Source of the DNA: Octopus bimaculoides
Lineage: Eukaryota
Direction of reading: 5' to 3'
Assembly (NCBI RefSeq): GCF_001194135.2
Contig: NC_068991.1
Location: 57,361,484-57,400,781, forward strand
Length of the DNA: 39,298 nt
This document shows, in pieces, positions 34,962 to 39,298 of this stretch; positions within the stretch are counted from its first letter, which is position 1; each line of letters starts with the position of its first letter. The notes beneath the pieces were generated by a model. The model worked only from the letters and a program-made list of their open reading frames with translations. It was not told the origin of the DNA and did not search any database. A program made the position numbers and the translations under genes.

Positions 34962-35190
34962 ATGTCGATGATTATGATAATGATAATGATGATGATGACG
35001 ATAAAGTCGATGATGAAGTTGACGATGACGACGATGATGATGATGATGACGACCACTCTGATGTCTATGTTGATTAGTAAGACGATATTGATAATACTGA
35101 CGGCGAGAACGGCGTGGATGACTGCGACGCTGGTTATCATGACGATGACGACGTTGACAGTGACGATGACGACGTCGACGATAATGAAAT
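34490..35190. repeat. Degenerate (GAT/GAC)n triplet region
   Basis: About 700 bp of triplet-phase repeat with GAT, GAC, GGT, AAT and GTT variants; 10-N gap at 34827-34836. Confidence 0.92.
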
Positions 35191-35304
35191 GAGAGAATAT
35201 GCAAAAAAAAAATCCCCAAAAAAACAAAATTGAAAAATAGAAAAACTAAAATAAAAAAAGACAGTTCCGTTAGTAATAGTTTACAATTGTATTAACACAA
35301 TAAT

Positions 35305-35335
35305 GTCATTATCATCATCATCATCATCATAATCA

Positions 35336-35406
<71 letters not shown>
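35305..35406. repeat. (ATC)n grading into (ATT)~23 microsatellite
   Basis: Directly visible, immediately upstream of a family C head. Confidence 0.95.
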
Positions 35407-35408
<2 letters not shown>

Positions 35409-35831
35409 GGCGGCGAGTTAGCAGAAACGTTAGCACGCCGGGCGAAGTGCTTAGCGGTATTTCGTCTGCCGTTACGTTCTGAGTTCAAATTCCGCCGAGG
35501 TCGACTTTGCCTTTCATCCTTTCGGGGTCGATAAATTAAGTACCAGTTACGCACTGGGGTCGATGTAATCGACTTAATCCGTTCGTCTGTTCTTGTTTGT
35601 TCCCTCTATGTTTAGCCCCTTGTGGGCAATAACGAAATAGGTATTTCGTCTGTCTTTATGCTCTGAGTTCAAATTCCGCTGAGGTCGACTTTGCTTTTCA
35701 TTCTTTGGGGTTCGATTCAATAAGTAGCAGTTACGCACTGGAGTCGTTATAATCGACTTAATCCCTTTGTCTGTCCTTGTTTTTTCGCTATCCACGTTTA
35801 CCCCCTCCTCCCACCGCGGGCAATAAAGAAA
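35407..35831 (+). mobile_element. Family C SINE dimer (complete first unit plus A-box-less second unit)
   Basis: Low-divergence head AAGGCGGCGAGTTAGCAGAAACGTTAGCACGCCGG. The body GGTATTTCGTCTG...GAGTTCAAATTCCGC...AATCGACTTAATCC...GGGCAATAA(C/A)GAAAT occurs twice (~35456 and ~35640). Preceded by (ATT)~23. Confidence 0.92.
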
Positions 35832-35987
35832 TAAATATTAATATAAATGAACGGCGAGAAGTATTAGTCAAAAAAAGACGAGAAAAAAAAAAACCAAGAA
35901 ACAGAAAAATACATAAATAGAAACTAGTCGAAAGGAGAATCAGGAACAAAAAAACATAATTAAAAATATAGAAGGAACGGTATTAGT

Positions 35988-36396
35988 CACCACTAGCGCT
36001 ACCTACGCCACTACAACTACGACCACCACTATCGCCAGCAGCAACACCACGACGATTACCACCACCACAAACAGTATCACTACCGCCACTACCACAAACA
36101 GTACAGCCACCACCACCACCACCCTCAGTAATACCGCTACCACTAATACAACTACCACTACCATCGCAACCACATCCAGCAAAACTACAACAACCAGGAC
36201 GACGACGACCACCACCACTACCACAACCACTACTACAACCTCCACAACTTCCACCATAGCCACCACAAGCATAACCACTACCACTACCATCTGTACCATC
36301 ACCAGCACTTCCACCACCACCTCTACTACCACCGCCATCACCATCACCACCACAAGTACCACAAGCATTACTAGCACCACCACCATCACCACCACC
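35988..36396. repeat. Degenerate (ACC/ACT)n triplet region
   Basis: Triplet-periodic tract running into the gap at 36397-37013. Confidence 0.9.
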
Positions 36397-38597
36397 NNNN
36401 NNNNNNNNNNNNNNNNNNNNNNNNNNNNNNNNNNNNNNNNNNNNNNNNNNNNNNNNNNNNNNNNNNNNNNNNNNNNNNNNNNNNNNNNNNNNNNNNNNNN
36501 NNNNNNNNNNNNNNNNNNNNNNNNNNNNNNNNNNNNNNNNNNNNNNNNNNNNNNNNNNNNNNNNNNNNNNNNNNNNNNNNNNNNNNNNNNNNNNNNNNNN
36601 NNNNNNNNNNNNNNNNNNNNNNNNNNNNNNNNNNNNNNNNNNNNNNNNNNNNNNNNNNNNNNNNNNNNNNNNNNNNNNNNNNNNNNNNNNNNNNNNNNNN
36701 NNNNNNNNNNNNNNNNNNNNNNNNNNNNNNNNNNNNNNNNNNNNNNNNNNNNNNNNNNNNNNNNNNNNNNNNNNNNNNNNNNNNNNNNNNNNNNNNNNNN
36801 NNNNNNNNNNNNNNNNNNNNNNNNNNNNNNNNNNNNNNNNNNNNNNNNNNNNNNNNNNNNNNNNNNNNNNNNNNNNNNNNNNNNNNNNNNNNNNNNNNNN
36901 NNNNNNNNNNNNNNNNNNNNNNNNNNNNNNNNNNNNNNNNNNNNNNNNNNNNNNNNNNNNNNNNNNNNNNNNNNNNNNNNNNNNNNNNNNNNNNNNNNNN
37001 NNNNNNNNNNNNNNTATATATATATATATATTATAAACATGCATACATACATACATACATACATACATGCAAAGAAATGGGACATCTAAACGTATTTCTT
37101 TTTTTCTCGGGATACAGACAGCTACTCAAATATTTTTCTTTGAAAACAGATTGGTCTGATTAAGAATATTCTCGAAGAACAGATATCTAAAACTTATACT
37201 GGCTCAGCGGCTAAGCGGTTTCGGAACTGATCCAGCTGCACGAGAAATTCGGTAACAATCACTTCTACTTTAAAATCATGTTCAATTTAATTCGTATCTA
37301 CTGTACATACATAGCTGTTCAAAAATTTTATGAAGGTATTGCCTCCGTATATGAAATGACTGCTCTGGAATAAATATATTGGCCAGATATTGTTATTTTG
37401 GGCTGATATGAAAACGTATGTACCGTAATAAAGATCTGCTGATGTGAGTATCACTCGGGAAATTAAAGCCGAAAAAGAATGTCTTTTGAAGCTTTTAGCT
37501 TCAATTTCTGGATTATAAATTCACATTTATACCAATAATAGTTGGTATACTTGGTTTTGTTAGCAAATACCCAAGTTAGAACCTGGATAAACTAGGTTTT
37601 TTAGAAAATGAAATTAACCAGTTTATACGAACGTTATAATTTGTAAGTGGAACAATAAAAACATGCAAACTTTTTTTCAATCCATATTGTAAATATGGTT
37701 ATCTACATTACGGTGATGGAGTTTTGTATCTTTGCTAGAAACCAGCTCCTACCTTACTGAAAGACATCAAATAATTAAAAATAGAAGTAAACATACACAG
37801 CCATACAATGAGAGATGATGCATTTTGTAATAAAAGTCTTTTTAATTCAAAAGGTCGTATTGGGATGTTTTCTCGTCAAGTGAACTGACAGTCTCTAATT
37901 ATATAGACCGAATGGTGTTTTTAACATCTGAAATAGTATATGTTTTATAGAATATTTGTTAGAAGAATTAGAAATTTAGTCACACTACATATGCTATATA
38001 CGTCTGTACCTATAAGAAGTCTGTCTCTTATCGGCATCATATTTATATCTAATTACGTGAGTATATATAAATGTTGCGAAATTGAATTTAGAAAATATTT
38101 TTCTGTTCATTGACAGCTGCTGGGTAAAGATAGATTGAATATTTAATATATATTTGCTTCTACATTAAATATAAAGATTTTGAGCAAAAGGTGACTGCGA
38201 AAAATAATGAGACTAGGCAATGGCATTTGTCTAGAAAGAATCAAGCACCTATATCTGTTTTCTTGCAGATATATTGTAATTAGTCTGTATTATATTTGTC
38301 TTGCCATTCTATTCTTATTCTGAATTTGAATATAATCGCTTTTGCACAGTAAAAAGATACGAGTGAGGGAAGTCGTATATAATTTCAAGTGAATATGTCC
38401 TTTGCTAGACAAAGATACGAGTTTTTCATTGTGGCCTGACGCGTTTATGTTTTCTTTAGCCCTAAGACTCATAAAGCCGTTTAACCAGTTTCTATGACGT
38501 ATAAATGACAGACATCGCAAGATGCCTCATGAATGGGAGGCCGGTCCGCTGCAGGGTCTAAGACCAGCAATTTTTCAAGGGAGGAGACAAGTCAGTT

Positions 38598-39220
38598 ATA
38601 TTGGTTTCAAATTTTGGCTCAAGGCCAGCAGTTTCGAGGGAGAGGGCTAGTCGATTACATCGACTCCAGAATGCTGCTTATCAACTCTGGACGGACGAAA
38701 GGCAAAGGCAAAGTCGACGCCAGCAGTGTTTGAACTCAGAACGTATAGACGGACGAAATGCCGCCAAGCATTTTGTCCGGCGTGCTAACGATTTCCTCAG
38801 CTCACCGTCATTTTTCAAATTTTGTCTCTTCGATTTTTGGGGAGGAGATAAGTCAATTCCCTCGTCTCCAGTATTCTAATGGTACTATGTCATCGACCCC
38901 TGAAGAATAAAAGCCAAAGTCAACCTCGGTAGAATTTGAACACAGAACAAAAAACCGGAAGAAACACCGCTAAGAATTCAGTCCAGCGAGCTAAGAATTT
39001 TTGTTTCTTTACTGCCCACAAGGGGCTACACACAGAGGGGACAAACGGATTAAATCGATTATATCGACCCCGGTGCGTAACTGGTACTTATTTAATCGAC
39101 TTCGAAAGGATGAAAGGCAAAGTCGACCTTGGCGAAATTTGAACTTAGAACGTAGCGGCAGACACAACACCGCTAAGAATTCAATCCGGCGTGCTAACGA
39201 TTCTGCCAGCTCGCCGCCTT
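38598..39220 (-). mobile_element. Three tandem family C units (38598-38809, ~38812-38998, ~39003-39220)
   Basis: Heads at 39220 (AAGGCGGCGAGCTGGCAGAATCGTTAGCACGCCGG) and 38809, with a partial head near 38990. Two different tail types. Further fragments at ~38563-38593 and 39250-39298. Confidence 0.88.
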
Positions 39221-39298
39221 CGACGAGTTCCAGTTAAATATTGACCACAAAATTTAGTTGGTACTTTATTTTATCCAGCGAAACGGGAGAGAAGGATT

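Noticed and set aside
34457-35190. Poly-Asp ORF resembling acidic biomineralisation proteins (also poly-His and poly-Met in other frames)
   Set aside because: It is a degenerate (GAT)n tract. The Asp frame is interrupted by TAA at ~34621 and TAG TAA at ~35075, and I see no signal peptide or splice context. Similar triplet tracts occur throughout the window in both orientations.
278-37085. Long ORFs in the track (e.g. 7976-10087, 21705-22976, 35983-37068) and YI/CV/HT/LS-repeat peptides
   Set aside because: They are read-through of N gaps and di-/tetranucleotide microsatellites; there is no domain content or codon structure.
37388-37450. Exon ending at the GTGAGT donor near 37444
   Set aside because: All three frames from the nearest AG contain stops.

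Overview
AT-rich, repeat-dense eukaryotic (animal) genomic DNA from a draft assembly. About 6 kb (17 gaps, ~15%) is N, and most gaps abut microsatellites. I can support no intact host protein-coding exon, true tRNA/rRNA gene or CRISPR array; nearly all ORFs in the supplied track are microsatellite, low-complexity or N read-through. The repeat landscape (several tRNA-headed SINE families, maT transposons, very dense compound microsatellites) matches what I recall of octopus genomes; this is an inference, not a database result. Supported content: (1) a nearly full-length decayed DD37D/maT transposase pseudogene (1573-2797) and a second, inverted 3' fragment (27392-27774); (2) a 232-bp TIR-bounded Tc1/mariner deletion derivative (16580-16811); (3) about 20 SINE copies or fragments in four working families (A-D, my labels) that share modules; (4) a Penelope-like fragment with a degenerate minimal hammerhead ribozyme motif (9968-10165); (5) a probable non-autonomous Helitron with a RepHel-like peptide remnant and an internal 149-bp duplication (~20570-21332), plus a second Helitron-like 5' end; (6) a ~21-bp satellite rich in TTC-N3-GAA motifs with a terminal inversion bounded by a perfect 36-bp inverted repeat (19682-20218). 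The strongest leads are the hammerhead-like motif, the Helitron derivative, SINE module swapping and a closely spaced inverted SINE pair that could form dsRNA. These mostly extend known element classes; I did not find a clearly new biological system.
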